Assembly: GCA_965226555.1 (NCBI GenBank) | Contig: CBDDDG010000010.1 | Span: forward strand, 352,001-416,000 | Origin: Salinispira sp. | Lineage (GTDB): Bacteria; Spirochaetota; Spirochaetia; DSM-27196; Salinispiraceae | Direction: 5' to 3' | DNA length: 64,000 nt | Part shown: positions 9,891-20,758 of the stretch, in pieces | Layout of the letters: every line of letters starts with the position of its first letter | Numbering within the stretch: position 1 is the first letter of the stretch | Translations under genes and position numbers: made by a program | The notes under the pieces: model-generated | Seen by the model: the letters and a program-made list of their open reading frames with translations, nothing else | Database searches by the model: none | Told to the model about the DNA's origin: nothing

Positions 9891-12467
9891 CTACTCCGCA
9901 TACCATGAGGGAAACGCTGTCTGCCCCATTCCAGTGCCCACGCCGGAATTCCTAAACATATTGGTGTCGCTTCCTTCATATTTGGGAGTATCCGCGGTAT
10001 TAAGCGTTAAATGATCGCCCCATGCATCAAGATTTTGACTGAATGCGCGTGCTCCATCGAACATTTCAGTCATATTCGGTGTCGCAGCAATTGTCCAGCC
10101 GGAAATATCCTGATTGAACGAGCGTGCATTCTTGAACATCTTAGACATATCCGTTACCTTACTGACATCACCCCATCCCGAGATATCCCGATTGAAACTG
10201 TATGCTCCACCGAATATCAGGGACATATTTGTTACCTTGCTAACATCCCAGTTTGAGATATCGCCATTGAATGCGGTTGCATCAGAGAACATAACGGACA
10301 TATTTGTTACCTTGCTAACATCCCAGTCTGAGATATCGCCATTGAATGTTCTTGCGACAATGAACATACCGGACATATTCGTTACCGCCGCAGTATTCCA
10401 GAGCGAGATGTCGCCATTGAATGCGCCTTTGTACCCGAAAATTCCAGACATATCCGTTACTGCCGTGGTAATAATGTAGTTAAAATCGGCAGTATTACCC
10501 CAATTACTTATTCCCGTATTTACTGCTGCTTTCAGTGCAGCGTTATCAGCAGGATTCATGGTAACAGAGAAATTCTCGAAAAGGAGTTTGTCTCCATTTT
10601 CTGTTTCACCATATATCACATATATCACATATATTCCTGCCGTTGTACTCGCGCTAACGGTAATAACTCCGGTACTTGAGTCAACTGTCGGCAGGGTAAC
10701 CGATGTCCCGGAAGTAATTCCAGCCACAGTAACGCTTGGATTCTCCGCATTGGCAATTGCGTCATCAATGGCAGCCGAAAGAATGACGGATGTTGGCGTA
10801 CCACCTGAAGGAACCTTCGGAATCTGCGTCGCAAGCGGCAGCAGTGTTCTCGTTGCGGATGCAGACCAGTCGCCAATGCCCGCGCCATTCCCCGCATCCT
10901 CAAGCACTGCATTTTTGGCGCGTACCTGCACATCGTAGGAGGTACCGTCGTTCGTCAGTCCGGTAATGGTGTAGCTCGCGGCAGTACCGGCGATAGGGTC
11001 GGTGACCAGCGTCCAGTTAGAACCGTTGTCTGAACTATACTGCACATCGTAGGAGGTAATGGGGCTGCCGCCGTCATTGGGAGCTGTCCATGTCGCGGTG
11101 AGCTGGGTGTCTCCAACTGCGAGCCTAGGAGCATTCAGCATGGCAGGAGGCCCAATAGGGGTGGTTGCGGTGTCAGTCGCTGGGTTACCATTGCCCTGAC
11201 CATTGACAGCGTAGACCCGCACCTCGTACTCGGTGCCGTTTGTCAGTCCCGTGATGATGAGGGTCAGGGTGTCGGCATCGGCGGTGGCAATGGCAGGTTC
11301 CCACGCGCTTGCTCCGGCTACGCGATGCTGTAGTTCATAGCGAGTAATGGCGCTGTCGCCAGTATTGGTCGGCGCTTCCCATGTTGCGGTAATTGTTTGC
11401 AGACTCACTGCAAGCATGAACTCATTCGGAGCGGTGGGAAGGGTACCATCAGGCGTTTCGGTGGCGGGCGGCGACCAGTCGCCCGCGCCCTGCGCGTTGA
11501 CGGCGCTCACCTGTACATCGTAGGTGGTGCTATTCATCAGGCCGGTGATGGTGTGGTGGCTTGTGCCGATGCCGGAGCTTATTTCCGTCCATGCTCCGCC
11601 GCCTGTGCGGTAGCGGAGGTGGTACGCGGTAACGGCGCTGCCGCCAGTGTCGGTCGGCGCGCTCCATGAGGCACTCAGCTGGGTGTTTCCGGGGCTGAGC
11701 GTGAGGGCTGTCGGCGCGCTGGGTGTGGTAGCGGGAGTTGCGGTGTCAATCGCTGAGTTACCGTTGCGCTCTTCCGGGTAATGAGCGGTTATTTCGCTGA
11801 CAGCATATACCTGCACCTCGTACTCGGTACCGTTTGTCAGTCCGGTGATGCGGTAGGTGTAGGGTGGGTCGGCATTCAGATCGATGAGAATGGGATTTGA
11901 CCACTCGCCTGCTCCAGTTTTGCGATATTGCACCTCATACCTGTCAATGTTTCCACTGGCGCCAAGGTTGGTCGGCGCTTCCCATGTTGCGGTAAGCATC
12001 TCATCCCCCACTTCAAGCATGAAAGTAGTCGGAGCGGTGGGAAGGGTACCATCAGGCGTTTCGGTGGCGGGCGGCGACCAGTCGCCCGCGCCCGCCTTGT
12101 TAACGGCACGCACCCGCACATCGTAGCTTTGAGCGTTTGCCAGCCCGGTAATGACGTGGTTTGTGGCAGTATGAGCGATGGTGTCGGTGTCTGTTGAGTC
12201 GTCCGTTGGCCAGTCTGCGGTGCTTAGTTTGTGCTGCACATGGTACGCGGTAATTTCACCACCATTATCTGCCGGAGAAATCCAGTTAGCCGTTAGTTGA
12301 CCATTCCCCACTTCAAGGGTTGGGGCAACCATTTGGGTCGGCGGGCTTACCGTATCTCCCTGAACTGGATCAGGACATCCGGTAAGTAAGGCTACGAGAA
12401 CCACGCTTATGACAACAAAAATAGGGAACTTCCCCTGTACTTTTCGTAGTGGATTGAAATTACACAT
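9891..12467 (-). CDS. Surface lipoprotein L1: 5 fibronectin type III domains + 6 DUF285/BspA-type 25-aa repeats
   Basis: AAGGAG RBS before ATG 12467; lipobox LLTGC; FN3 motifs (LTATW.AP...GG..IT.Y.V...ITGLTNG..Y.VQVRA.N..G.G.WS); MS.MF..A..FN.DIS.WDVS.VT repeats; PSWY terminus. Confidence 0.9.
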   Translation of the reverse strand: MCNFNPLRKVQGKFPIFVVISVVLVALLTGCPDPVQGDTVSPPTQMVAPTLEVGNGQLTANWISPADNGGEITAYHVQHKLSTADWPTDDSTDTDTIAHTATNHVITGLANAQSYDVRVRAVNKAGAGDWSPPATETPDGTLPTAPTTFMLEVGDEMLTATWEAPTNLGASGNIDRYEVQYRKTGAGEWSNPILIDLNADPPYTYRITGLTNGTEYEVQVYAVSEITAHYPEERNGNSAIDTATPATTPSAPTALTLSPGNTQLSASWSAPTDTGGSAVTAYHLRYRTGGGAWTEISSGIGTSHHTITGLMNSTTYDVQVSAVNAQGAGDWSPPATETPDGTLPTAPNEFMLAVSLQTITATWEAPTNTGDSAITRYELQHRVAGASAWEPAIATADADTLTLIITGLTNGTEYEVRVYAVNGQGNGNPATDTATTPIGPPAMLNAPRLAVGDTQLTATWTAPNDGGSPITSYDVQYSSDNGSNWTLVTDPIAGTAASYTITGLTNDGTSYDVQVRAKNAVLEDAGNGAGIGDWSASATRTLLPLATQIPKVPSGGTPTSVILSAAIDDAIANAENPSVTVAGITSGTSVTLPTVDSSTGVITVSASTTAGIYVIYVIYGETENGDKLLFENFSVTMNPADNAALKAAVNTGISNWGNTADFNYIITTAVTDMSGIFGYKGAFNGDISLWNTAAVTNMSGMFIVARTFNGDISDWDVSKVTNMSVMFSDATAFNGDISNWDVSKVTNMSLIFGGAYSFNRDISGWGDVSKVTDMSKMFKNARSFNQDISGWTIAATPNMTEMFDGARAFSQNLDAWGDHLTLNTADTPKYEGSDTNMFRNSGVGTGMGQTAFPSWYAE

Positions 12468-12523
12468 TATTTTAATGCTCCTTTTTGAGATCATTGCATG
12501 GCAACAGTCTCATCGGTGATATT

Positions 12524-12553
12524 ATAGTACCGTTTATTTATCCAGTGTGTCAA
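12524..12553 (-). promoter_or_regulatory. Putative sigma70 promoter of L1
   Basis: TTGACA-18 nt-TACTAT on minus strand upstream of the L1 start. Confidence 0.5.
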
Positions 12554-12757
12554 CATCCCATATGAACTTTTTTGAATTTTTCTTTCGATTTTTTGCTTTC
12601 TGGCTGTAATCATCCTTATATATATGCCATGATCCTCACCATGATCAAATCTCATTGAAACGCGGGGGATTATGATTAAGAAAGCGGTTAAAGTTGATGC
12701 GAGTATAACCAGAAGTTCGAGAAAACCCCGCGGGATTGTTGAATCCAGCTTTTTCTA

Positions 12758-13096
12758 TTATCCATTAATATCAATTGTGTTTCCAAGATCGGGGTCTTTG
12801 AAGGGATCATTCTGTTTCTCCTGCCCTTCTTCTGGCTCGGCTTTTGGGTCTTTCCCATGCTGTTCGGCTTCCCAATGATTCCGGGATTCTTCCTCATCGT
12901 CATGAACCTTCTCGGGACCCGGACCTGGTTCTGCCGCAGCATTCACCTTTTCTCCGCTTTGGCGTGTTTTCTGAGCTATTTCTTCCGCGGCCACCTGCTG
13001 GGCATGGAGGGGGGCTTCTTCACGAGCTGCCTGCTCACGGCCTACCTGATTCAGGCGGACAAAAAGATTCTGAAGATCAATGGGTTTTAATGACAT
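12758..13096 (-). CDS. Hypothetical protein at the end of the flagellar operon
   Basis: MSLKPIDLQ...DPDLGNTIDI, a pattern seen in small proteins at the end of flagellar operons; GGAAGG RBS. Confidence 0.7.
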   Translation of the reverse strand: MSLKPIDLQNLFVRLNQVGREQAAREEAPLHAQQVAAEEIAQKTRQSGEKVNAAAEPGPGPEKVHDDEEESRNHWEAEQHGKDPKAEPEEGQEKQNDPFKDPDLGNTIDING

Positions 13097-13130
13097 GATG
13101 ACCTTCCCGCTTTCTCATAACCTTATCCAA

Positions 13131-15077
13131 TTACCGCTGTTTTACTATCCGAACCATACTGATATCTTCTTCAATCTCTTCATATTTCGTTACCTTAATT
13201 ACATTATCCTCATTAACAAATGTTACCTGCTTAAATTCGCGCCGAACCTCAAGGGTAGCATCTTTTATTGCTACCTTTACACCCGGATGTACAACACTGG
13301 AAGCCGAAATTTTTCCAGCGGTCTTCAAATCATTGAGGTGGATATGAATTCTCTCCCGCTCTTCGGCAATGTCATCAAGACGGTTTAAAATTGAATTCTT
13401 CTGTTCTTTGAGTTCGGTATAGCGGTCTCTATGTTCGGGTGAAAGTTTCTTCTGAGATCTGAGCATTCTCTCAAGCAGAAGGATATTTTTGGTAATACCA
13501 TCGAGCACTCCATTGATCTCTTTTTCTTCCACAACGAAGGCATCTAATTTTTCCTTGCTCTGAGGATCAAAACCAACCTCAAGAACTGTTTCAATATTGG
13601 CAATGGAACCAAGGGTTTTCGCATTAATTTCTTCAGATGCCCGCAAATTCCCGCCGACAATGCTTGCCCGCTTACCCTTACAGAGAATTTTCCTGTCGGA
13701 TGAGACCTTGCTATTTATAATGCCATCGGAAACAATAACCATTCCCGATGTAACGACATTCGTATTCTGAATAAATTTGGCATAGATATTTCCGTTGGCA
13801 GTAATTTTTCCTTCTTCCCTGCCGTTCATCCCTTGGCGGATAACGATGTCCCCCTCCGCATCGAGGGTACACTTACCAACCGAGCCGGTAATTTCAATGT
13901 TCCCGGCTGCCTTCACGGAAAAGCCATCTTCCACTGTTCCTGCAATAATGACGGTTCCCAGAAACATAATGTTACCTGTTTTGAGGTTAACGCTATTATT
14001 CACGATATACACCGATTCAACTGAAATCTTCCCGTTTATACAAAGTACCTGCCCGTTTATTTCAGCAATGGCTGAAAGACCATCATCGGATAAGCGCACA
14101 TGCTTACCCACGTTCAACTGTACGGGGTTTCCATGATTCGCAGGAAATAATCTTCCGGTTACTGTTTCCCCATCTTTGCCAATATCAGGCTCAATGAGAT
14201 TGGCAAGCACCTGACCGGAAACAACATTATTAATCTTCCCAAGATTTTTAAAATCAACCTTTCCGTTAATTTCCCTGAGGCGAACAGCATCACTCTGAAC
14301 CTGAAATTTAAGGTCGATTCTTCCATCCTTGCCGTGCTGGACTTTTTTACCCCGCGCAATACATATTGGACAGTCATATACAGGATTTTCCGCCAGATCA
14401 TGGATGACATTATCGAGAAAACCGGAAGTAACATTCTGAAAGCGGAGAATGGACATGATGGCATCGTAACTCGGATCGGCTCCCTTCGGACCGGGGTGGG
14501 AAATAAGGATAGTGGCTTTCATTTCCATATCTTGAATGTCGACAATCATGCTGGCATCCTGCGCAGAATCATGATCAAAGTCGGCAATTTTTACCGGCAT
14601 GTCATCTGCTTTTTTGACAAGTTTGCCCACAAGCGATAAATCGGCATTGTGTATGTTCTTCTTCTTCAGGAGATTCAGGGCATCCTTCTCGGTGGCTGAT
14701 TTTCCCCCTTCGCGGGGTTTTGTAACCTTCATTATGATGCCGCGGGAATCGCGGCGGATAGATATTTTGCCGTTAATGGAGGACACGAGTTCTTCGATCT
14801 GGGCAGCATGCTGTTCATCGTCTTCAGCGACGGCTTCGCTCATAACAAATGCCGGGTAGGCGAGAATACGGCAGGGGTTTTTGTGCATGCCTAAAGCCCC
14901 CTTATGTCCGGCATCGAGCACCTCATATTCAATTTTCCTGAGAGGAAGGGCAAGTTCAATTGATGCCTGCTTGAGGGCATCCTGAAGATTCTCCCCGGAC
15001 ACACTCACATTTCTGCGCTTCATATCGCCTTCCAGACTTCTGCGCATGTAATCCTGAATATGAAGTAGATCGACCAT
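13131..15077 (-). CDS. FapA/DUF342 family flagellar assembly protein with N-terminal Jag-like domain
   Basis: GxDG.TVTG, V...TGNI.F.G.V.I.G.V.DGF.VKA.G.I beta-helix repeats; follows fliA. Confidence 0.85.
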   Translation of the reverse strand: MVDLLHIQDYMRRSLEGDMKRRNVSVSGENLQDALKQASIELALPLRKIEYEVLDAGHKGALGMHKNPCRILAYPAFVMSEAVAEDDEQHAAQIEELVSSINGKISIRRDSRGIIMKVTKPREGGKSATEKDALNLLKKKNIHNADLSLVGKLVKKADDMPVKIADFDHDSAQDASMIVDIQDMEMKATILISHPGPKGADPSYDAIMSILRFQNVTSGFLDNVIHDLAENPVYDCPICIARGKKVQHGKDGRIDLKFQVQSDAVRLREINGKVDFKNLGKINNVVSGQVLANLIEPDIGKDGETVTGRLFPANHGNPVQLNVGKHVRLSDDGLSAIAEINGQVLCINGKISVESVYIVNNSVNLKTGNIMFLGTVIIAGTVEDGFSVKAAGNIEITGSVGKCTLDAEGDIVIRQGMNGREEGKITANGNIYAKFIQNTNVVTSGMVIVSDGIINSKVSSDRKILCKGKRASIVGGNLRASEEINAKTLGSIANIETVLEVGFDPQSKEKLDAFVVEEKEINGVLDGITKNILLLERMLRSQKKLSPEHRDRYTELKEQKNSILNRLDDIAEERERIHIHLNDLKTAGKISASSVVHPGVKVAIKDATLEVRREFKQVTFVNEDNVIKVTKYEEIEEDISMVRIVKQR

Positions 15078-15078
15078 A

Positions 15079-15867
15079 TCAGAAAATTCCTTTTTTTATG
15101 TTTGTGAGCTTGGTCCGCAAGCGGATTATCGCCTTGGTATGCAGTTGGCTCACCCGCGATTCGGTAACCTCTAAAATCTTTCCAATTTCCTTGAGTGTGA
15201 GATCTTCATAGTAATACAAAACGAGAACTGTTTTTTCTTTCTCCGGCAACTCCTGAATAGATTTAACAATGACCTTCTTTACTTCTTCCTTTTCGACAAT
15301 ATTATCCGGATTAAAGCCATCGGGACTCTCAATGCTGTCGACAATGGATACGCTCTCGTTCTCATCGCCGGTGTACCACACATCATTCAGGCTGAGAACG
15401 CTGGTTCCGCTTACGCGAAGCATGACCTTTTCAAACTCTTTGGTGCTTAGTCCCATTTCTTTTGCAATTTCATCATCGCTCGCAGAGCGGCCGAGACCCG
15501 CTTCCACGTTGCGGATAGCATCTTCAACCTCTCTGGATTTCTGCCGTACCGAGCGCGGAACCCAGTCGATAGAGCGGAGTTCATCAAAAATTGCGCCGCG
15601 TATGCGGGTAACAGCATAGGTTTTAAATTTTATGTGCTTATCGGGGTCATATTTCTCAATTGCATCGAAGAGACCAAATACGCCGTAACCGATGAGATCA
15701 TCGAATTCAACGTTTTGCGGCATTCCAACAGCAACCTTTCCGGCAACATATTTAACAAGAGGGGCATACTGTTTGATCATTCTGTCTCGTATTTCGGGAT
15801 TTTTTGTTTGTTTATAATCCTTCCAGAGTTCGAGCTCTTCCTGTTCGGTGTAGGCCGGTTCTGCCAT
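15079..15867 (-). CDS. fliA: RNA polymerase sigma-28 factor FliA/WhiG
   Basis: [67 protein letters not shown]. Confidence 0.95.
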   Translation of the reverse strand: MAEPAYTEQEELELWKDYKQTKNPEIRDRMIKQYAPLVKYVAGKVAVGMPQNVEFDDLIGYGVFGLFDAIEKYDPDKHIKFKTYAVTRIRGAIFDELRSIDWVPRSVRQKSREVEDAIRNVEAGLGRSASDDEIAKEMGLSTKEFEKVMLRVSGTSVLSLNDVWYTGDENESVSIVDSIESPDGFNPDNIVEKEEVKKVIVKSIQELPEKEKTVLVLYYYEDLTLKEIGKILEVTESRVSQLHTKAIIRLRTKLTNIKKGIF

Positions 15868-15870
15868 TTT

Positions 15871-16323
15871 TTATTCCTTATTAAGCATGGTCTGGATTGC
15901 CAGCGCAAATTTACGCGAATCTACTTCATTGCCCTTGTCGCTCATGGAATTCGCAGCAGGGGGGGAATTGGCGGGCACGCTTTTCACTGTATTCTCCTCT
16001 TCGACGCTGTCATCTTCGACGCTGTCATCTCCCGTGGGTTCGGCAGCCTGATCATCATCCACAACAATATCAATTTTTCCACCGGATACCGACTGATCTT
16101 CGGAATGTGATATGGTTTCAGCGGAATTCAAGGAGCATAACTCAGGAAGAAATTTTCGAACGATACGGGCTCCAGACACAGCCAAAACAAGAGCAATTGC
16201 CGAAGAAACAATCATGCGAAAAATAATTGAGGCAAAATCGACCCCTCCAAAAATTCCTCCAATTAATGCCAGTATGGCTCCAGAAGCCGCGGAGTATAGC
16301 GCAATAGAGACATATTCCTTCAT
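15871..16323 (-). CDS. Hypothetical membrane protein in flagellar operon
   Basis: Two N-terminal TMs, acidic linker, ...ALAIQTMLNKE end; abuts fliA. Confidence 0.7.
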   Translation of the reverse strand: MKEYVSIALYSAASGAILALIGGIFGGVDFASIIFRMIVSSAIALVLAVSGARIVRKFLPELCSLNSAETISHSEDQSVSGGKIDIVVDDDQAAEPTGDDSVEDDSVEEENTVKSVPANSPPAANSMSDKGNEVDSRKFALAIQTMLNKE

Positions 16324-16452
16324 AGTACAATCCTACAATTCAGACGGGACAGGGACATAATTCTTACCAGTATGTATATTACCGCACAAGCTTGATTTAC
16401 GTCAACAGCGAGAAACCGCGAGAAATTTTTGCATGCGCAAAAGATTCCGCGA

Positions 16453-17310
16453 TCATTTTTTGAACAGTTTCTTGATAAAATTTCCTAAGCCGGCACCTTC
16501 CCGGTATTCAATTTTTTCGAGACGGCTGGCAATCTGAGTTATACAGGCGCTTGCCTTCGCCCGCGGATCAACGGCAAGAAAGGGTTTTTGCTTTCGAACC
16601 GCATCGGATATCACTGGATCTTCAAAAACATATCCGAGATAATCAACTTTCAGATTCAAAAATTGCGAAGCAATGTTAATGACACGCTCGGCAATCTTCT
16701 TTCCTTCGCTCACCTTACTTACCCTGTTTACCACAAGTTTGAGATTCAGATTGAGACCGTCAACCTCCGTTGCGATGATCTTGATAATGCCGTAGGCATC
16801 GGTAATTGCCGTTGGCTCGGGCGTTGTAACAATGACAACATCGTCTGCGGCCGCAACAAAGGACATGACATTGCTGTTTACTCCCGCGCTCGCATCGATG
16901 ACAATGATATCGACCGCGCTCAATTCGCTCAGCTCACGGATAAAGGCATTCCGCTCCTCATCCGACAAATTTGCCAGCTTGCTGAATCCGCTCGCGCCGG
17001 CGACAAGCTGAATGCCGTATTGCGTGTCCATAATGATATCTTTCATGGTCTTTTGCTTTCGAATGAGATGATACAGGTTGTATTTTGGTATAATACCCAG
17101 TATTATATTGACGTTGGCGAGCCCCAAATCGGCATCCATGAGCACCGTCTTTTTTCCGAGCCTCGCATAGGCTATCGCTAAATTTGTGGACAGGTTGGTC
17201 TTGCCAACCCCGCCCTTTCCACTTGCAACAGTGATGATCCGGGTTTTCGAATTCAGAATTTGAGGATTACTGTTCATCATTTCTCTCAATGTTTCTGCCT
17301 GATCTGCCAT
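16453..17310 (-). CDS. flhG: MinD-like flagellar number regulator
   Basis: DQAETLR N-terminus, SGKGGVGKT, DADLGLAN, TPEPTAITDAY. Confidence 0.93.
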   Translation of the reverse strand: MADQAETLREMMNSNPQILNSKTRIITVASGKGGVGKTNLSTNLAIAYARLGKKTVLMDADLGLANVNIILGIIPKYNLYHLIRKQKTMKDIIMDTQYGIQLVAGASGFSKLANLSDEERNAFIRELSELSAVDIIVIDASAGVNSNVMSFVAAADDVVIVTTPEPTAITDAYGIIKIIATEVDGLNLNLKLVVNRVSKVSEGKKIAERVINIASQFLNLKVDYLGYVFEDPVISDAVRKQKPFLAVDPRAKASACITQIASRLEKIEYREGAGLGNFIKKLFKK

Positions 17311-17336
17311 ACTGCCTCCTAAGTAGGTAATTTCTT

Positions 17337-18554
17337 TTAAGATTGTTCTTCTTTATTCCATCGAACCGAGAATCCTGACAAACTGTTGAGAAAATGCTGC
17401 TGCGATGCAAACTGAAGGTCATTGGGAACTTTCTGACCGCAGGTGATAAAGCTCGCTTTTTTTTGCTTTTCCCATAAAATGCTCATAATTGTACCAAGGC
17501 TGCCGGCCTCATCTGTTTTTGTGATAATGAGCGATGAAAAATTAAATTGCTCGAACTGTTGTACTATCCGCTTGGTATCGGAAAATTTCACATTCGCGCT
17601 CATGGTGAGAAAAACTTCCAGCTTTGAACCGCCAACATGGAGAAGGGAATTCAATTTTGCAATGTTTTCAAAGTCACCGGGGCTTCGTCCGGGGGTGTCG
17701 ATGAAGATCATATCGGCATCCTGACAAATGGCAAGAGATTTTTCCAACTCCTCGGGGGTAGCTGCGCTTTCAAGCGGAATTCTCATGATCTCCGCATATA
17801 GTTCTATTTGCTTCAGGGCTCCAATGCGAAAATGATCGGTTGAGATAATGCGTATCGAACGTTTTTTTCCATCGAACTTGCCGGTGCAATACAAACCTGC
17901 CAGCTTTGCGATGCTTGTTGTTTTACCAACACCCGTTGGACCCACAAGCGCGATAACACGCGGGTGCGCTCGGGGAATATCTTCCTGAATGCACACGGTA
18001 TCCGCAATCCAGTGGAGCACCTTCTGCTGCACGGCATCCCTATCATCCAGCTCATCCATGGAAAGACCCCTGCATTTTTTCAGAATGTGCTGGGTATAGG
18101 CAGAACTGAAATCGTTCTCTTCCATAATTGCCGTAATTTCCTGTATGGATGGAGGCTGATCGGTCTGCCGGGTATCTTCATCTCTCGCCTTCTGAACATC
18201 TCCCTTGAGGTCTCTCAATTCCACGAGTATTTTATTCATGGTAGACGATTCATTCTGTCCGGCAATTTTCAATATTTCCTGTTTCGCGCGATCAAAATCG
18301 GGCGCTCCGTTTCCAAGCGCGGATGACGGCGCATGGCTCTGCCTGCTGACCATTGGCTGAATGGGTCGCCGGATTGGTTCGCGGGAGATGTAACCGCTCA
18401 CTTCCACGAATTCCTTTCTGCCGAAGCCTAAAATTCCGCCTTTCTGAATTTGGCGACGTGTTGTTATCGTTGCCCTCTCTCCATATTTTTGCAGCACAAG
18501 TTCTTCCGCATCTCTATGAGAAATAGCTGTTTCTATAAAATAATCGTAACTCAT
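17337..18554 (-). CDS. flhF: SRP-family GTPase FlhF
   Basis: GPTGVGKTT, DHFRIGA, DTPGRS, TKTDE, GQKVPND. Confidence 0.93.
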   Translation of the reverse strand: MSYDYFIETAISHRDAEELVLQKYGERATITTRRQIQKGGILGFGRKEFVEVSGYISREPIRRPIQPMVSRQSHAPSSALGNGAPDFDRAKQEILKIAGQNESSTMNKILVELRDLKGDVQKARDEDTRQTDQPPSIQEITAIMEENDFSSAYTQHILKKCRGLSMDELDDRDAVQQKVLHWIADTVCIQEDIPRAHPRVIALVGPTGVGKTTSIAKLAGLYCTGKFDGKKRSIRIISTDHFRIGALKQIELYAEIMRIPLESAATPEELEKSLAICQDADMIFIDTPGRSPGDFENIAKLNSLLHVGGSKLEVFLTMSANVKFSDTKRIVQQFEQFNFSSLIITKTDEAGSLGTIMSILWEKQKKASFITCGQKVPNDLQFASQQHFLNSLSGFSVRWNKEEQS

Positions 18555-20758
18555 CTATCATCCTTTTTATTTTCTTCTGATTTTTCTGCTGGGGGTTTTT
18601 GCGCTGCACCTTCTGCTGGGGGTTTTTGCGCTGCGCCTTCTGCTGGGGGTTTTTGCGCTGCGCCTTCTGCTGCCGCGCTTTCCAGAGTAATGGTCCCCAG
18701 CGATTCAACATTCACTTCGGAAATAATTTCCGGAACCGACAATACAACGAGTTCGGGGATGTCGCGGCGAAGCCCGGTTTTGACCAATACCCGGCTGATT
18801 TCCTGCGTGAGGACAATGGGGAGGTATCCCATTTCCTGAACCCTGCGTACCGTATTGAGACTTGCCTTAACCCAAAGCCTTTGAACCTCAGGAGAAAGGG
18901 CGGGAATGGGACCTGCCGCTGTCGGCTGTCGGCTCTCAATAATTTCCTGTTCAAGTTCGGGTTGAAGGGTAATAACATGAATAATTTTCTCATCGTCAGC
19001 ATATTGCAGGCATATCTGACGCGCCAGCCCCTGACGAACTTTCTCAATGAGATAAGGAATATCATCTTTGGCTATTTTGGCAAAATCGGCAAGAGTTTCC
19101 AGAATACTGACCATATTCCGAATAGAAACCTGTTCTTTCAGGAGACCCTGCAAAACTTTCTGAATATCGCCAAGTCCCAATGTTTCCCGTACTTCTTCAA
19201 CAACGGCGCTGTAATCTTCGCGGAGTCCATCGAGGAGGCTCTTGACCTCCTGACGGCCGAGAATGCTTGCGGAATTGCGCTTTATGAGTTCGGTGAGATG
19301 GGTTGCAATAATTGAGGAGGGATCAACAACGGTGTAGCCTGCCCGTTCCGCTCTGTCTCTGTCACGTTCCGACACCCAAATAGCAGGGAGACCGAAGGCA
19401 GGGTCGGTGGTTTTCTCGCCTTCTATCTCTGTTTTTACTCCCCCAGGATTTATACACAGAAAGTGATCCATCCTGAGAAGCCCTCTGCCGACCTCAACAC
19501 CGCGGATTTTAAGACAGTATTCGGATGGTTCAAGCCGCATGTTATCAATAATACGGATTCTCGGGACAATAAGACCGAGGTCGAGGACAATTTCCCGTCT
19601 GATTTTTGTGATGCGCTCAAGAAGTTCAGCCCCCTGCTCCTTATCGACAAGCGGCACAAGGCCGTAACCCAATTCCAGACTAACAGGATCAAGCGGAGCA
19701 ACTTTGGGAAAATCCCGGGAAGTATCCGCTGGTTCCGATCGAACCGCCGCAGTTTTTTCTTCACTCTGTTTCCTGCTCCGGCCAAGGCGAAGAGCCATAA
19801 CCATGCTGAGCGCTGCAAGCGGTATGAGCACATACCACGGGAAACCCGGGAGTACGGCAAGTAAAAGGAGAAATACGGCAGCAATCCAGTAAATTTTGTC
19901 CTGCCTTGCAAATTGTCTGGTAAGATCCTGACCAAAGCTGCCATCGCTCACGGCACGGGTTACGATGAGGCCGGTTGCCGTTGAAACAAGCAGGCTCGGA
20001 AACTGACTTACCAGCCCATCTCCAATGGTCAGACCGACATAGGTATTCACCGCTTCTGTGAGAGTTTCTCCATGAATGGTCAGGCCGACAAGAAGCCCCC
20101 CCACAATGTTTACAATGGTTATAAGAATGCCGACAGTAACATTTCCCTGAACGAATTTACTGGCACCGTCCATGGCGCCGTAAAAATCAACCTCCTTCTG
20201 AAGGTCCCGCTTACGGTGCTGAGCTTCCTGCTCGGAAATGGAACCGTTACTGTATTCCGCATCAATGGCCATCTGCTTGCCGGGCAGGGAATCGAGAGTG
20301 AAGCGCGCTGCAACTTCAGCAACCCGCGTGGCGCCCTTGGTAATGACCAGAAACTGAACCGCAATAATGATAATGTATATGATAATGCCAATAACAAGTC
20401 CCTCGGTCCCCGAACTTCCGGTAACAAAGCTGCCGAAGGCTCGGACAATTCTTCCGTCGAAGTTGCCCCCCTTACTGAGGATGAGCCGGGTTGAACTGAT
20501 ATTCAGAGCAAGTGAAAGCACCGTACTCACAAGCAGGATAGTTGGAAATATCGAGAAATCCAAGGCTCGAACTGTATACAGAACAATAAGAAGAATGAGC
20601 AACGAAAGGACGAGGTTACTCGATTGGAGAGTATCTAAAATGATGGCAGGCAGGGGTATAATAAGCATCATCACAACCATGATGACACCAATGGCTACCA
20701 GAGCGTCGCTGCCCTCTCTGAGAAAGGCCCGTGAAATTTGCGAACGTATATCGGCCAT
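18551..20758 (-). CDS. flhA: Flagellar export gate FlhA
   Basis: RVAEVAARFTLDSLPGKQMAIDA, FYGAMDGASKFV, TIGDGLVSQ. Confidence 0.97.
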   Translation of the reverse strand: MADIRSQISRAFLREGSDALVAIGVIMVVMMLIIPLPAIILDTLQSSNLVLSLLILLIVLYTVRALDFSIFPTILLVSTVLSLALNISSTRLILSKGGNFDGRIVRAFGSFVTGSSGTEGLVIGIIIYIIIIAVQFLVITKGATRVAEVAARFTLDSLPGKQMAIDAEYSNGSISEQEAQHRKRDLQKEVDFYGAMDGASKFVQGNVTVGILITIVNIVGGLLVGLTIHGETLTEAVNTYVGLTIGDGLVSQFPSLLVSTATGLIVTRAVSDGSFGQDLTRQFARQDKIYWIAAVFLLLLAVLPGFPWYVLIPLAALSMVMALRLGRSRKQSEEKTAAVRSEPADTSRDFPKVAPLDPVSLELGYGLVPLVDKEQGAELLERITKIRREIVLDLGLIVPRIRIIDNMRLEPSEYCLKIRGVEVGRGLLRMDHFLCINPGGVKTEIEGEKTTDPAFGLPAIWVSERDRDRAERAGYTVVDPSSIIATHLTELIKRNSASILGRQEVKSLLDGLREDYSAVVEEVRETLGLGDIQKVLQGLLKEQVSIRNMVSILETLADFAKIAKDDIPYLIEKVRQGLARQICLQYADDEKIIHVITLQPELEQEIIESRQPTAAGPIPALSPEVQRLWVKASLNTVRRVQEMGYLPIVLTQEISRVLVKTGLRRDIPELVVLSVPEIISEVNVESLGTITLESAAAEGAAQKPPAEGAAQKPPAEGAAQKPPAEKSEENKKDDR
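18582..18672. repeat. 27-bp coding tandem repeat x3 at the 3' end of flhA
   Basis: AEGAAQKPP x3. Confidence 0.9.
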